DNA of 62,995 bases, counting the filler, from Licmophora abbreviata (lineage: Eukaryota), in the NCBI GenBank assembly GCA_900291995.1. It is 16 parts of 16 records of this genome, joined end to end, with 100 filler letters (N's around TTAATTAATTAA, not from the genome) between each part and the next. Parts side by side here need not be neighbours in the genome. Positions count along the whole stretch, not along the records: positions 9,106 to 14,124 come from OLMU01001359.1; positions 14,225 to 16,939 come from OLMU01001360.1; positions 17,040 to 18,748 come from OLMU01001361.1; positions 18,849 to 23,043 come from OLMU01001362.1; 12 more parts are not named here. The stretch is one strand, 5' to 3'. This document shows, piece after piece, positions 11,228-22,674 of the stretch (position 1 is the first letter of the stretch; each line of letters begins with the position of its first letter). The notes under the pieces are model-generated. The model was not told the DNA's origin. It saw nothing but the letters and a program-made list of their open reading frames with translations, and did no database searches. The position numbers and the translations under genes are program-made.

Positions 11228-12850
11228 CTAGCGGCGCCACTTTTTCTTTCGTTTCGTCTTAGAGGCCGCCTTGTGGTCGTGGTATGCAACTTCAGCCTCA
11301 GCCTTCGTTGGCACGAGGTTGCTCAATTTCCAGGCCGAACTAAGCCAGAGCAGGGATGCTCCCCCCGTGAGTATCGAAAGTTCTTGCAGACCAAAGTTGC
11401 CAAACGCCGATGTCAACGCTGACAGGCACAACGACATGCTACTCTTGCCGAAGCGGTATCCAAACACCCCAATCACTTCCTTTCCGACGTAACGACTCTC
11501 GAAATCGAGGGGTACGTAGACCATCTCGTCCAGCAGTCGCCGCGCTGAGTATTCCAAAGTCTTCATAACCAACAGAGAGCCGCTCACTATGTAGAGAGAT
11601 GGATTCCGTTGGAATGCTTGAAACGCCGTGAAAGACATCATGATTAAGGGCATGGCCCTCCATAAATCCCGCGGCTCCAGTACAGTCATGAGTTTCGGCA
11701 GTACAGCGAACTGAAGTCCCATACTGATGACGTTGATGAGCGCAAAGAACTTTCCCATCCAACCTGCTCGCTCAGCATCGTTCGGGACAGACGTACGAAG
11801 CTTGGAGACAAAACATACGTTCAAAAGAGTGGCAAGCCCCTGCGACGACAGAATCTCCACAAATAGCGCCCAGAGCGTGGGCACTCTCCGAAAGAGATCC
11901 GATGCTTCCTTGAACATACTAGATTTCTCGCCATGGTTTGCGGTCCCTCCTTTTTTCTTTTTCTTGTCCGCCTTTTGTCGAATCTCCTCCGTTGGATCAA
12001 ACCCATGCTGCTCGGCGATTCTGTATCCTGCTCGCGCCGCCAACAGACTCAGCAACAACATGATTCCGGTCGCTAGTAGAGAGCCTGGGAGACCAACTTG
12101 CTCGACGACGGACGACACACTGAGACCTGCCAAGGCCGATGTAATGGACGTGAGTCCAGATATGGGCGCGAACCACGTTGCACTCTGCGATGGTGTCAAG
12201 ACGGAGGCCATAAAGGACCAATACTGGCTGGTCAGAAGCTGTACGTAGCTTTCCCGAAAGACGAACAAAGGTCCTGTAATGAACTTGATCAAAGGAATTG
12301 AAAAAAACTCAACCGAAGATTCCTCCAGTGTCGTTATCGCCGCGGCCGCTGCGCAAAGGACACTCGAACAAAAGCAGGTCGTTCGCGTCAAGGCTCCCTG
12401 TGGTCCGTATCGATTCAAGACACGAGCGTATGCCATGAGCAACGCTAAGGCCATGGGGCTAACGAAAGCCATCGCCAGAGGGAAAGCTGCGGACGTAGAA
12501 TACCCTGCCGTTTTCGAAGTAAAGAGAGCCAGAGTGGATGGCCTGGCAAAGGAGTAGCCTAGATAGTGAAGTGACATTGCGATCGCCATGCACAAGACGG
12601 ACCGAGCCTCCGGTGTTACGGAAAGGCCCAGGACATTGACGTTCCCTGTCTGCTCGTCCAAATTTTTGCTCTTCCCTCCCCTTGGCACATGCAATGGTGG
12701 CTCTAATGCAGTCTCCATCGGCGACGAGAACACTGCCGATGCTACTGCGATCGATGCTCCTCCCCGGCCAATTAGCAGTGCCGTTCCCAACGCAGGCACA
12801 TCTGGTGCCGTCATTCTGCTGAGTGCTATCGTTGTCAAGCCCACTGCCAT
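11228..12850 (-). CDS. Nucleotide transporter (NTT / TLC ATP-ADP translocase family, MFS fold); may have an extra 5' exon
   Basis: About 12 hydrophobic segments. KTLEYS...EMVYVPLDFESRYVGKEVIGVFGYRFGKS matches the C-terminal NTT signature; SQYWSF in the N-half. Confidence 0.75.
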   Translation of the reverse strand: MAVGLTTIALSRMTAPDVPALGTALLIGRGGASIAVASAVFSSPMETALEPPLHVPRGGKSKNLDEQTGNVNVLGLSVTPEARSVLCMAIAMSLHYLGYSFARPSTLALFTSKTAGYSTSAAFPLAMAFVSPMALALLMAYARVLNRYGPQGALTRTTCFCSSVLCAAAAAITTLEESSVEFFSIPLIKFITGPLFVFRESYVQLLTSQYWSFMASVLTPSQSATWFAPISGLTSITSALAGLSVSSVVEQVGLPGSLLATGIMLLLSLLAARAGYRIAEQHGFDPTEEIRQKADKKKKKGGTANHGEKSSMFKEASDLFRRVPTLWALFVEILSSQGLATLLNVCFVSKLRTSVPNDAERAGWMGKFFALINVISMGLQFAVLPKLMTVLEPRDLWRAMPLIMMSFTAFQAFQRNPSLYIVSGSLLVMKTLEYSARRLLDEMVYVPLDFESRYVGKEVIGVFGYRFGKSSMSLCLSALTSAFGNFGLQELSILTGGASLLWLSSAWKLSNLVPTKAEAEVAYHDHKAASKTKRKKKWRR

Positions 12851-13182
12851 TGCTAATGTGGTTCGCTGCTATCAAACAATTCTTTTACAATGGCTGCTGT
12901 CACCATGGAAGATCATTAGAAGTAAGTGCACTGGTGTTTTGGTGTTTACTTCCGAGATTGATGAGATGTGATTGTGGCGACTGATGATGAGGATGATGCA
13001 GATGGATGTGAGATGATTGATGGCGACGAGACACTCGACTCTGTTGCTACGGCGGTGATAGCGCGACGCGCGCGATGAGAGGTGAACCACACAGGCGGAA
13101 AAGGCGTACTAACAATCAATGTCTACAATACTCCCGTCCGAGTCTAAGAACATGGCTCTCACGCGACTGTTGCTACTGTACT

Positions 13183-14972
13183 TTAACAAGGTCTATCTTC
13201 CTCGACCAAACCTAGTTCCGCGAAGATACTGGATATGATTGAGTTGGAGAAAAGGAAACCTTCAGGATCCACCAGGCGCAAATAGGTGCGCTCGCTCTTG
13301 TCGCATTGAACTTTCCTCGTGAGTCCGAGTTCCATACCTAGGCTCGCTCCTTGCAAGACCGCATTGGACCCTCCAGGTATGTGTTCGTCAGCCCATGTCA
13401 GGTCCAGTCCCTCTGAAGTGCGCAAGCGTGTCATGATCACGTCCGTGAGCATGTAAAATTCCATACTGACGGTGCGATCATCGACCTCATCCTTCTTGGG
13501 AAGCCAGGAGTTGTGAGGGGCAGCTTTTACCTGCTCGTTAACCCAATCCATATAATCCTTCATGGCTCGTGGACGAGCAAATCGTTTGCCTTTGACCAAG
13601 CTCGTAGATCCCAGACCGATCGCTGGTGACATTGAAGAAGAAAATTACAGTTAAGCTTGGGCAAGAGATAAAATTAAAGATGCCGAGCGACGTAACAACA
13701 TAACGTACCAAACCACTGCCCTTGTGGATTCCAGTATATTTGATTGTGTCGACTGCGTCGATTGGAACAGTCTTGTCCTCCCTCCAATAGTGCGTACGAG
13801 CTTATTTCGTAGTGCTCGAAACCCTTGGCTCGCAAGTATCCCGATGCGTACTTGTACATGAAGGCGCAATCTTCCGCGGACGGCAATGGAATACCTTTTC
13901 TCGTCGATTCGCCGCTACGGACATGATTCGAATCGTCGTCGTCATACCATCTCCCAAATACCGTCCCTTGCTCCACTTGCAGGTCGTAGAGACTCAAATG
14001 CGATGGACGTGGCACTGCGGTCGTCGCATGCTCCAATGTTTCGACCCACCTGCCCAACGAGACACCAGGCAGTCCCGAAATAAGGTCCATCGAATAGTGG
14101 ACGTGATTTCCAAAAACTTCATGCNNNNNNNNNNNNNNNNNNNNNNNNNNNNNNNNNNNNNNNNNNNNTTAATTAATTAANNNNNNNNNNNNNNNNNNNN
14201 NNNNNNNNNNNNNNNNNNNNNNNNCATCTCGCTTCCTATGTACGCGACCAATCGACTCGAGTACGGTATCGTCGAAGGACTGCACTCCTAGTGATACTCT
14301 ATTGATCCCCAGCGACTTCAGTGTACGGAGCTGTCGTAAGGTAAAGGTCCCAGGATCCATCTCCATGGTGACTTCAGCATTCTCCAGCAGCGTGAACGGT
14401 GCTGTTCCATAGTCACTGGTGTCGGTCAGGGCCGCCTCGAGGATGGTCTGTACAGTCTTCACTGGCGCCAAACTGGGGGTACCGCCTCCAAAGTAAAGGG
14501 ACTGCAATGGAATTGTATCGCTTGTCGTCGTTTGCTGAATCAATCGCAGTTCTTGGACAAGAGCCTCGCAATACATGGCATCCATCGCCTGGAATCCATC
14601 ACTCTGTGCGTCGGAGGATGCGAGCGGATCATCTTTTTCGAGGCCAGCATCTCCTATTGGCACAATAGCAAAATCACAGTAGCGACACCGTCTTCGACAG
14701 TAGGGGATGTGAATATACAGACCGACTGGAGATGATGATTCGCCCACGGGATGAATGCTGCTATGCGGAGGACCAGCCGCCGCCGAGCGGGAAAGTGTCG
14801 ATGGGCGTACATCATCATTTTGAGACAGTACATGCGCTCCAGAAGTCATTCCTCCCCCGAAAAGACAAAGCAGCAATATTCTCCTTCTCCTTGATGACTT
14901 GCGACGACCATACATGCCCTCCCATGGACGGTGGCGGCGTAGAGACGACCCGTCCATCACGATGTTCATCAT
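13183..14972 (-). CDS. hemW: Radical SAM heme chaperone HemW/RSAD1 (HemN-like). Spacer 14125-14224; intron 13623-13708
   Basis: LYIHIPYCRRRCRYCDF (CX3CX2C), YFGGGTPS, RVSLGVQSF, DLISGLPG, HYEISSYA, HNQIYW (HemW HNxxYW), RLRTSEG. Confidence 0.88.
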
Positions 14973-15171
14973 GATATGTGCTCAACCCACATCAGCGCCG
15001 CCTGCGCGCGACCGCGGGGGTGTGCTCATGCAACACACGGCATCGGGGAGAGCATTTTTTTAGGTGGAAGGCACAGTAAATCGCTGTGTTGATGTCTCTC
15101 TTGTCCGAATACTGCTCCAATCTTGTACTTTCCTCTTGTGGTCTCGTTAAAAATCACTTCGGGGCCAAAGA

Positions 15172-16431
15172 ATGGAGGAACTTGCTGCATCCATCACGCC
15201 AGCTTCAACGAACAACAGAAGTATGCACTCTGCCGACGGGACGCCAATTTTGCGAGAGTCCAAGCGGCGTCGTCTGAATACTACTACTACCAGTACGACT
15301 GCATCAGCCTCGCTGCATGTCGAGGACAGAAAGACGACGGTGGAGACATCGACGGACTGTGAAGGTGGTACTGTCAGCGCCACAGATATAGATCACTCGG
15401 TGCAGGAACTACTTTCGATTCCGATAGAGATCATCTTTCGTGAAGTTCCGTCGTCGTCTGCGGCGAATCCCGCGGCACGGCGCAAGCCCATCATGACACG
15501 CAGTGAGGCACACTGTCTGCTACAGGTAGCTCAACTAGCTCATCAGGTCGACACTCTGGTTCAACTTGCATCGGAGGTCCTGGAGAAGCAAGTCATCTGC
15601 CGAGCCTTCTCCCAGGCGATCACACGCCCTGAGACTGACTCGCCGCATACGACAAGACCTTCCGTGCCGCTTGTGCTTCGATCCATCCTTCCACTCCTGA
15701 CTACTTTAAGTGATACTCAGGGCGCGTTGAGGATGATTCGAGAGGAGCTGGATGCATCTATTTCTGGACTTATACACTGCGCCACGTTGCTGCGGCAATA
15801 TGCCGATCAAAACTGGACTTTGTCGGAATCCATGATGGATGCTCTGGGAGAGGATCCTAAGCGACCCACAGACGCCAATCCTTCCTCCTCATCATCGCCG
15901 TCCTCGGCTGGGCGAACGCTGGCCCGAGAAAAGCGGATGCTGGGAGAGCTTCAGGAGGAACTGGCGACTCGCATTGACAATCTCGAGGACATGCTGCACC
16001 GTCGAATGAACGACAGTGCAGACGCGTTCGAGTCTGCGTCGTCTGATCGCGGCCTCGTTTCTATGAAGGCCTACTGTGCCAAGGTGCTGCAGAACGACAC
16101 CCAAGACCTCAAGGCCGACGATGACTCCACCGCACAGTACCTGGCATCTTGCGAGTCCCAACAGGTCGAAGCCAGTCCGGCAGCCGAGTCGTCCAGTGAA
16201 GTAGGGTCGCCGCTGCCAGCACACCGGCGCGGTGGGGGCGAAGTAGACCGCGACCCTTGGAGTGCCTCCTCCGCGACGTCACCCGTATTCTCTCTGGCCC
16301 AAAAGAGCAGCAGCCAAGTTGAAGACGATGAGGAGGAGGAAGTAGAACGGTATGAAGTGGTGGAGATGACACAGGGCACTCAAAATGCTGTCGCTGCACT
16401 TGCAGGTCTCGCTTCTGGACTTCCCGGGTGA
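15172..16431 (+). CDS. Hypothetical helical/low-complexity protein, possibly nuclear
   Basis: 419-codon ATG ORF with KRRR, a coiled-coil-like stretch and a Ser/Glu-rich tail. No recognised domain. Confidence 0.6.
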   Translation: MEELAASITPASTNNRSMHSADGTPILRESKRRRLNTTTTSTTASASLHVEDRKTTVETSTDCEGGTVSATDIDHSVQELLSIPIEIIFREVPSSSAANPAARRKPIMTRSEAHCLLQVAQLAHQVDTLVQLASEVLEKQVICRAFSQAITRPETDSPHTTRPSVPLVLRSILPLLTTLSDTQGALRMIREELDASISGLIHCATLLRQYADQNWTLSESMMDALGEDPKRPTDANPSSSSSPSSAGRTLAREKRMLGELQEELATRIDNLEDMLHRRMNDSADAFESASSDRGLVSMKAYCAKVLQNDTQDLKADDDSTAQYLASCESQQVEASPAAESSSEVGSPLPAHRRGGGEVDRDPWSASSATSPVFSLAQKSSSQVEDDEEEEVERYEVVEMTQGTQNAVAALAGLASGLPG

Positions 16432-16607
16432 CAGTTAAGAGCTCAATGAAAGATGAATGGGCAACGTGTTCGAAATTACGCTGCAAGCTCCATTGAGCTC
16501 CACTCGTCCAACTACTTACTAGAATTCGACGGTAGTAGCAATTCAGAACGATGCGACGCTCAGTAATGTGCAGTCTAGCATATAATCGTTAGTAGACTAC
16601 GTGCTGC

Positions 16608-17479
16608 TTAGAAATCCAACAGAGGCTTGCCGTACAATAGAGTCTGGACAATGGCTCCAGTGAAGGCAATCATGGCAAGGCGGCAATGGACAATTTCATG
16701 TTCCTGACGCTTTGTCACTTGCTCCGGTGTCATCTTTCCGAGCATACCTCCGTCCCATCCAAGATCACCGGGCTCGCCTTCACCATAGTGCTTGTTGAAG
16801 TTGGCGAGTTCCACCATGCTCATTCCGAGGAAAATCTGAACGTTGACGGCCCAGCCGACTTCACTGGGGGCGGCCAGAGGGTCGGTGGTGACGTAGGCAG
16901 CACCGGGCAAGTGCGGCCAGTACTCCTGGGCAATCATACNNNNNNNNNNNNNNNNNNNNNNNNNNNNNNNNNNNNNNNNNNNNTTAATTAATTAANNNNN
17001 NNNNNNNNNNNNNNNNNNNNNNNNNNNNNNNNNNNNNNNACCATGCTTGAGTTCGGCCCAGCGAGCGTACTTCAGATCCGTCTGGATCTCCGAGAGGCCC
17101 ATGGGATCAAAGCCTGCGTCTCGACCATGGATCCATCGAGCTTCTCTGGCTTGACCAAGAAAGGAATCGACTTGGACATTTCCGCGTTCAAACTCACATC
17201 ACGTCGAACAGACTAGCGATAAAGAGGTAAACATGGTAGAGAAGAAGTGAGACGAACGCTGTGAAGTCCTGGGGCAAGTGCAACCCAACACCATTTTCGA
17301 CCGCAACGGAATATATCAAATAGTTCATATGCGACAACGGTCTTCGATTCGAATTCACAGACACTGCTGCTTTTTCATCATCCTCATTCTTTCTTTCGCT
17401 TGGAACATACCACTGACGCTGGAGCAAAGGCCGTGGCCGAGGCCGCCAAAAGGGCAATCGAAAGGGATCGGAACGTCAT
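16608..17479 (-). CDS. Light-harvesting chlorophyll a/c protein, Lhcr (PSI antenna) type. Intron ~17214-17410; apparent 1-nt deletion ~17122; spacer 16940-17039
   Basis: MTFRSLSIALLAASATA-FAP presequence, then MSKSIPFL, (G)DAGFDPMG, RWAELKHG, PGDLGWD, EIVHCRLAMIA. Confidence 0.92.
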
Positions 17480-17682
17480 GGTCAAGGCCGCTATTCTTGA
17501 GTGTGGTGAGATTTGGATCTAACGTTCTACGTAGACTTTAGTAAGCTTTCTACGGGAAGTGGATTTTGGATCGCGAGGCTGCAAGGTTCAACCTGAGCAA
17601 AATAAGCCGTGACGTATGACTCCGGGTCTCTTTTGTTATTGCCGGAAGACGGACGTACCGCTAACTCACTCGATCTTCTTTT

Positions 17683-18564
17683 CTACAAAGTACTATGTTG
17701 ACCTCCTGGCGTAGCAGCTGACTCCACAATCACAGCTGCTCGACCTTTGGACTGCATCACCGTCATGGCATTGACTCGATCTACCCTTTCACATCGTATG
17801 GCGATCTCCTCTGGCGAGTACCCTGGTATGCACTGGTTGCGAATCTTGAGACGTTCCATACATGCGTCAACATTAGAATTCATAAATATGGTCATGTCAA
17901 AAAGAGCCGCAATAGCCTCCCATCCATCGGCATCGTGAAGTAGATAGAGACCCTCACACAAGACTACCACGTGCCTGTTTCGGTCAAAGACGTGCTGGTC
18001 AGGCTCAGGGTCTCCATTGGCGTGATCGAAGCCCGGAAGCATAATAAGCGGTTCAGTCCCATTCCGGATACGCTTCAGGTCCCGATATAACAACAGTGGG
18101 TCAAACGTATCAGGAGCTCCTCTTCGGTAAACCGCATCTTTTGCATCGGGAAGCTTTTCCAATTCGTTGGTGGGGACGTGGTACCCGTCATGTGGCATGA
18201 TCATGGTATGAACGCCTTGTTTCTCCAAGTGATCCGCAATCATCAAGGCTGAAACAGTCTTTCCACTACCAGGAATCCCGACCAGTGCGACCATATAAGG
18301 CGATTGCCTCGTCGACGATGTCACGATGGACTCTTCAATGCGCTGGACGACTTGTGGTTCCCACGTGGGTTGCAGGTACGCTCGTGTTCCCTTCGTTTCT
18401 TCGTTCTCTGTAATAACATCAGGGCTCATCATGCCAGAGCTTGACATACTATGGAATGGACGGATAACAGTCTTGTGGACCGGCACAAGACATTTAACTT
18501 CCATGTCTACACTCGATGTCGTCGCCACACACCGCCGAGAACAGTTCTTGTGAATGAATGACAA
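17683..18564 (-). CDS. P-loop kinase of the uridine/pantothenate kinase-like (YggC/YFH7) group; start uncertain
   Basis: GIPGSGKT Walker A, HDGYH, RRGAPDTFD, PGFDHANGDP, EGLYLL. Confidence 0.85.
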   Translation of the reverse strand: MSFIHKNCSRRCVATTSSVDMEVKCLVPVHKTVIRPFHSMSSSGMMSPDVITENEETKGTRAYLQPTWEPQVVQRIEESIVTSSTRQSPYMVALVGIPGSGKTVSALMIADHLEKQGVHTMIMPHDGYHVPTNELEKLPDAKDAVYRRGAPDTFDPLLLYRDLKRIRNGTEPLIMLPGFDHANGDPEPDQHVFDRNRHVVVLCEGLYLLHDADGWEAIAALFDMTIFMNSNVDACMERLKIRNQCIPGYSPEEIAIRCERVDRVNAMTVMQSKGRAAVIVESAATPGGQHSTL

Positions 18565-19001
18565 AAGTGACTCGACTCACTCGACTGAGACAACGCAGAT
18601 CGTCGCGCAATGATTCGACATCATGATGACGTGAGACGCTTCGCACCTCGAGCACGGACACATCCAGTGCGACAGTGATGATGACCATGAGCGACGCCGG
18701 GTTGTACCTCTTCTCGTTCTTTCCAGCTCTATCGTCTCCTCTGAATTANNNNNNNNNNNNNNNNNNNNNNNNNNNNNNNNNNNNNNNNNNNNTTAATTAA
18801 TTAANNNNNNNNNNNNNNNNNNNNNNNNNNNNNNNNNNNNNNNNNNNNGGAATGGTGAACTGCTCAAAGTAGTAAAAATAAGTTGAAAACGACAAACAGG
18901 AAAAAGGCGGCAGTCGGTCTACAACACGATACCAAAGAGGAGTGACACGAGGCGCACAGAAAAAACACAGCACAATTGGAGAAGAGGCTCAGTATGGTCA
19001 A

Positions 19002-20033
19002 ATGACGTTCCCTACAGTCTCTCACAGACGATGTTATATCTTCACGATTCTTCTCCTTGTTGCGGGAGGCATTCTCAAAGAATTTTGGTCCGGCAGCAAT
19101 ACCTTGCATTTGCTAGACACCGTGTCTAGCATCAGCAGTATCCGTCGACAACCATCATCGACGAACGAAGGGGCCGTTTTGTACATTGAGGCTCGGGTGG
19201 ATCGAGCGGGAGCGGTCATTGCGAACATGTTGTCGGCGCATGCCTTTGCCTTTGCCGAGGGAGCGACCTATGGGGGAGCGTGTGAGATAACACCAACAGA
19301 TTTAGGTTTCACGCGCCCGGGACAATGGAGGCGCTTCAATGATGCGATGAAACGCTATCGCGCTGACCAAAAAAAGCTTCTGGATGGTATAGGTCTTCAG
19401 GACATACTGCCGTTTGCGTGTCCGAGCAATAGCACTCACGATCGAGAAGTGTTATTGAAGCAAGAATGGATGTATGTGAGGCGACCTGATGAGTATTTGT
19501 GGACCCCCGAATGGCTGAATCTTGTTCGATCAGTAGTTGATTATCCGTCTGAAAGAACGAGCATCAAGAAGACGGTGGCTGTTCATGTCCGGCGAGGCGA
19601 TGCCAGCCCGTGCAAGAATGGCGAGCGCTACTCAACAAACTCCTACTACTTGGCCGTGCTCGACCGGTACTTGGCCGAGTTCGAGGCCGACTACGAGATA
19701 TCAATATACTCGGAAAGCGTTTCCTCGGAACCATTTGATGATTTTGTACGCCGGAACTATACTCTTCGTCTAGACACGGACCTAGTCGAGGTGTGGAGAG
19801 CCTTCATGACGGCGGATATTCTCATCATGAGCAGAAGCTCCTTTTCGTATACCCCAGCGTTATTGAATCGCGATGGGTTGATAGTATACACTCCTTATCT
19901 CCGAAAGCCTATGTCAGAGTGGACGGTTGTGGACGAGGGCTTGATCGAGTTTCACGACGAAGAACTCGAGCGCCTTGCTGCTGTAGGAAATTGCTCTGGT
20001 GAAATCATTCGTTCGCCCACAAGGAAGCTGTGA
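19002..20033 (+). CDS. Type II membrane fucosyltransferase-like glycosyltransferase (GT11/GT23-like motifs)
   Basis: N-terminal transmembrane anchor; VAVHVRRGD and ADILIMSRSSFS motifs of GDP-fucose-utilising transferases. Confidence 0.65.
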   Translation: MTFPTVSHRRCYIFTILLLVAGGILKEFWSGSNTLHLLDTVSSISSIRRQPSSTNEGAVLYIEARVDRAGAVIANMLSAHAFAFAEGATYGGACEITPTDLGFTRPGQWRRFNDAMKRYRADQKKLLDGIGLQDILPFACPSNSTHDREVLLKQEWMYVRRPDEYLWTPEWLNLVRSVVDYPSERTSIKKTVAVHVRRGDASPCKNGERYSTNSYYLAVLDRYLAEFEADYEISIYSESVSSEPFDDFVRRNYTLRLDTDLVEVWRAFMTADILIMSRSSFSYTPALLNRDGLIVYTPYLRKPMSEWTVVDEGLIEFHDEELERLAAVGNCSGEIIRSPTRKL

Positions 20034-20332
20034 TAATACCTATAGCTAAAGCTGTCCCAGTTTTATGCCTCGTTCCGCTTGCTAGAGCAATGCGTGCCTA
20101 GGGTAACAGGTAGAAGGGGAAAGGCGACAATCATTTTCACTATTATGTAAGTATAATTTAGAAGGATAGTCCTGCATAAAAGTGTATGTGTTTGTGGTCA
20201 AAGGTCAGAGCGCGATGAATGCGCATGACACTATTTGATTAAAGATGCGACGCCACCCCTCGCGCGATGACGTGATGACTGCGACGTCTTTGATGATGCC
20301 TTTGACCAGCATGGAAGGCAGTTGTTGCAGCA

Positions 20333-21316
20333 ATGATGGGGAGGACTCTGAACCGAGAAGTCGTCGAACCCGATCAGCCAGATCCAAGCGACATGACATG
20401 CGTGACAATTCACCGTGGCTTTCCCTCATGTCCGCCAGCAGTAGCTTCGAATCCTCGCCACAGCGGTACCATCAGTGTACGGGCGTGCTCTCGGAAAAAT
20501 CGAGTCTATGCGTTTCGAGAGTTTCTATTGAAAATTTACGGCGCCTACCTCCATCAGGCGTCGGTGTCAGCACCGATGACTACGGTGCTAGACGTCGCAG
20601 GCGGAAAGGGCGACTTGTCATGGTTGCTCTGCAACGTGGATTCCATCCCTAGCGTGATTGTGGACCCACGTCCGGCACAGCACTCCCACTTGATCAGGTC
20701 CGTGCGGTACCTGAGACTGCACCCCGAGGAGGCTGCCGAACGAGCCATTCGAGATCGTCCTACGCACCAGCCTCTGGCCGCTCTGCTTCCAAAGTTGAAG
20801 GACGGTGATTCTCAAACCCCTCGACATTTGAGACTGCTCGTGGACGACGAACTAGTAGACGCGATACGTACCGTGCTGCTCTCTAACAACGACGACGATC
20901 GTTCGCACTGGAGCGACTATTGGATAAGGGCATCCAAGAAGGCAATGGGCGCACAGCAATGTATAGGACGGGATGCTTCATCCTTGGGACAGATTTCGGA
21001 TGCTTCGGAGGCTCTCGCAACAATTCTATCGGTCAAACTTGTTGTGGGCTTTCATCCCGACCAAGCGACAGAAGCTTGCATGGATCTGGCCATGTTATTG
21101 AACATTCCTTTTTGTGTCGTTCCCTGTTGCGTTTTCCCATCGGAGTTTCCCGATAGAAGCCTTCGTCATGGACAACGAGTCCGTACCTATGAAGAATTCC
21201 TGGTGTACCTGGAGGAGAAGTATCGTTCAAAGCCTCTGAGTCGCGCCACTCTACAGTTTCATGAGACCAAGACAGCACGGAATGTTGTGCTGTACACGCT
21301 TCCAGACGATTTATAG
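20333..21316 (+). CDS. Putative SAM-dependent methyltransferase-fold protein
   Basis: VLDVAGGKGDL motif I, VIVDPR, GFHPDQATE, PFCVVPCCVF. Confidence 0.7.
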   Translation: MMGRTLNREVVEPDQPDPSDMTCVTIHRGFPSCPPAVASNPRHSGTISVRACSRKNRVYAFREFLLKIYGAYLHQASVSAPMTTVLDVAGGKGDLSWLLCNVDSIPSVIVDPRPAQHSHLIRSVRYLRLHPEEAAERAIRDRPTHQPLAALLPKLKDGDSQTPRHLRLLVDDELVDAIRTVLLSNNDDDRSHWSDYWIRASKKAMGAQQCIGRDASSLGQISDASEALATILSVKLVVGFHPDQATEACMDLAMLLNIPFCVVPCCVFPSEFPDRSLRHGQRVRTYEEFLVYLEEKYRSKPLSRATLQFHETKTARNVVLYTLPDDL

Positions 21317-21693
21317 AGATAAACGAGTGATGTCCCAGCAATCATTAGGAAGGTCGTGAATAGGGCTTTCCAGATCTCTGAGACACAGGTGCACGGAGAT
21401 GACCGTCGAAATCCGAACCAATGATGGTACCGTGTGCGACCCGTGTGATCGACCATCAGTTCGGCACCGCGAAGTAATTTCTTGTGGGATACAATACACT
21501 GGGCTACTACTAGCTACGAGTAGGGATGAAAACTGCCCGCTGGTAATGCTTGAAAGACACTCTTGTCAAGAACCCAAAAACTATATTAGCAAAAAAAACT
21601 CTATCATGCAGTCTATTGCAGTGGCGCGTCCTTTAGTGTAGGACCAAATCGATTGACCGAAATGTTGTTGTCTCACTTACACTCGTCGCATTC

Positions 21694-22674
21694 TCAAGAC
21701 CTGCAACGGAATCCCAACACATCCCTGAAGAAATCGACCAGTTGGTGCGGAACACACCTTTCCATACGAGAGATTAGAACGCCTCTGTGCATCACCACCT
21801 CCTGAAAGGGATCGGGGCATCCGCTGGTCGACACAGGGCGACAATTGATGTTTGGGTACACAGTTTCCAGGGCGGGATCAAGCCTGACGGCACCCTGGCT
21901 TTCAAAGTAGAGACACTCCTCCCAAACCGTGTTATCCTCTAGGATCTGTGCTGCCATAAGCATGCGTTCCAAGAATACTTCCACTGCTGGTTCGACGAAG
22001 GCACCCGTACGAATGCTCAGAGGTGTTTCAGTAAGGTTGTCAAACCACTCTTGCATCATCGGACAAACAGGCGGCAAGCCCGTCACATCGTCAGGCGGGT
22101 CATCTACTCCCCGAATCAGCTTTATATTGGGATAGCTGTTGCAGAGTTCACCGCGCGCGTGACCTTGGCAGCTGCCTCGAGTCACGTCATAGGCCTTAAT
22201 ATTGGGGTCGACACCCCTTTGAGGAACGCAGTCACAAACGTTCTCGCATAGGGAATACATCAAGAAGTCAAGCTGTTGACGAGCGTTTTCTTTTTCTTTC
22301 TTGCTCGCCGTCGGATTGAGGTACGTCTCCAGAGCAACTTCGCGTTCCGGGTCGCAGGGGTTGAGGGTGTTGTACTCTGCAAACTTGGAGATGCACTCTC
22401 CGTTGTCATTTTCTAGACTCCAGCTTACGCTAGTGCAGTCTGCATATTTCCCATCGCCTTGCAACACACCGGTAACTCCACAATCAGCGCAGAACCCCGA
22501 CGGAAGCGTGACCACGTCACACGCTTCCGCCCTGATCCTGTTGCCTACGTGACAAGCGAATGGCCTGGCGTTAGGGTCGTTTTCAGTTTCCGGTCCTGGC
22601 TCCGGGAAAAACCAAGTGGCGTGGGCAAGGCACAGGACCCAGAAAAGAAGAACACAGCGGAACAGACTCATCAT
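21694..22674 (-). CDS. Secreted cysteine-rich protein of unknown function
   Basis: Signal peptide MMSLFRCVLLFWVLCLAHA; 18 Cys in the mature part; acidic. Confidence 0.75.
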   Translation of the reverse strand: MMSLFRCVLLFWVLCLAHATWFFPEPGPETENDPNARPFACHVGNRIRAEACDVVTLPSGFCADCGVTGVLQGDGKYADCTSVSWSLENDNGECISKFAEYNTLNPCDPEREVALETYLNPTASKKEKENARQQLDFLMYSLCENVCDCVPQRGVDPNIKAYDVTRGSCQGHARGELCNSYPNIKLIRGVDDPPDDVTGLPPVCPMMQEWFDNLTETPLSIRTGAFVEPAVEVFLERMLMAAQILEDNTVWEECLYFESQGAVRLDPALETVYPNINCRPVSTSGCPDPFQEVVMHRGVLISRMERCVPHQLVDFFRDVLGFRCRS

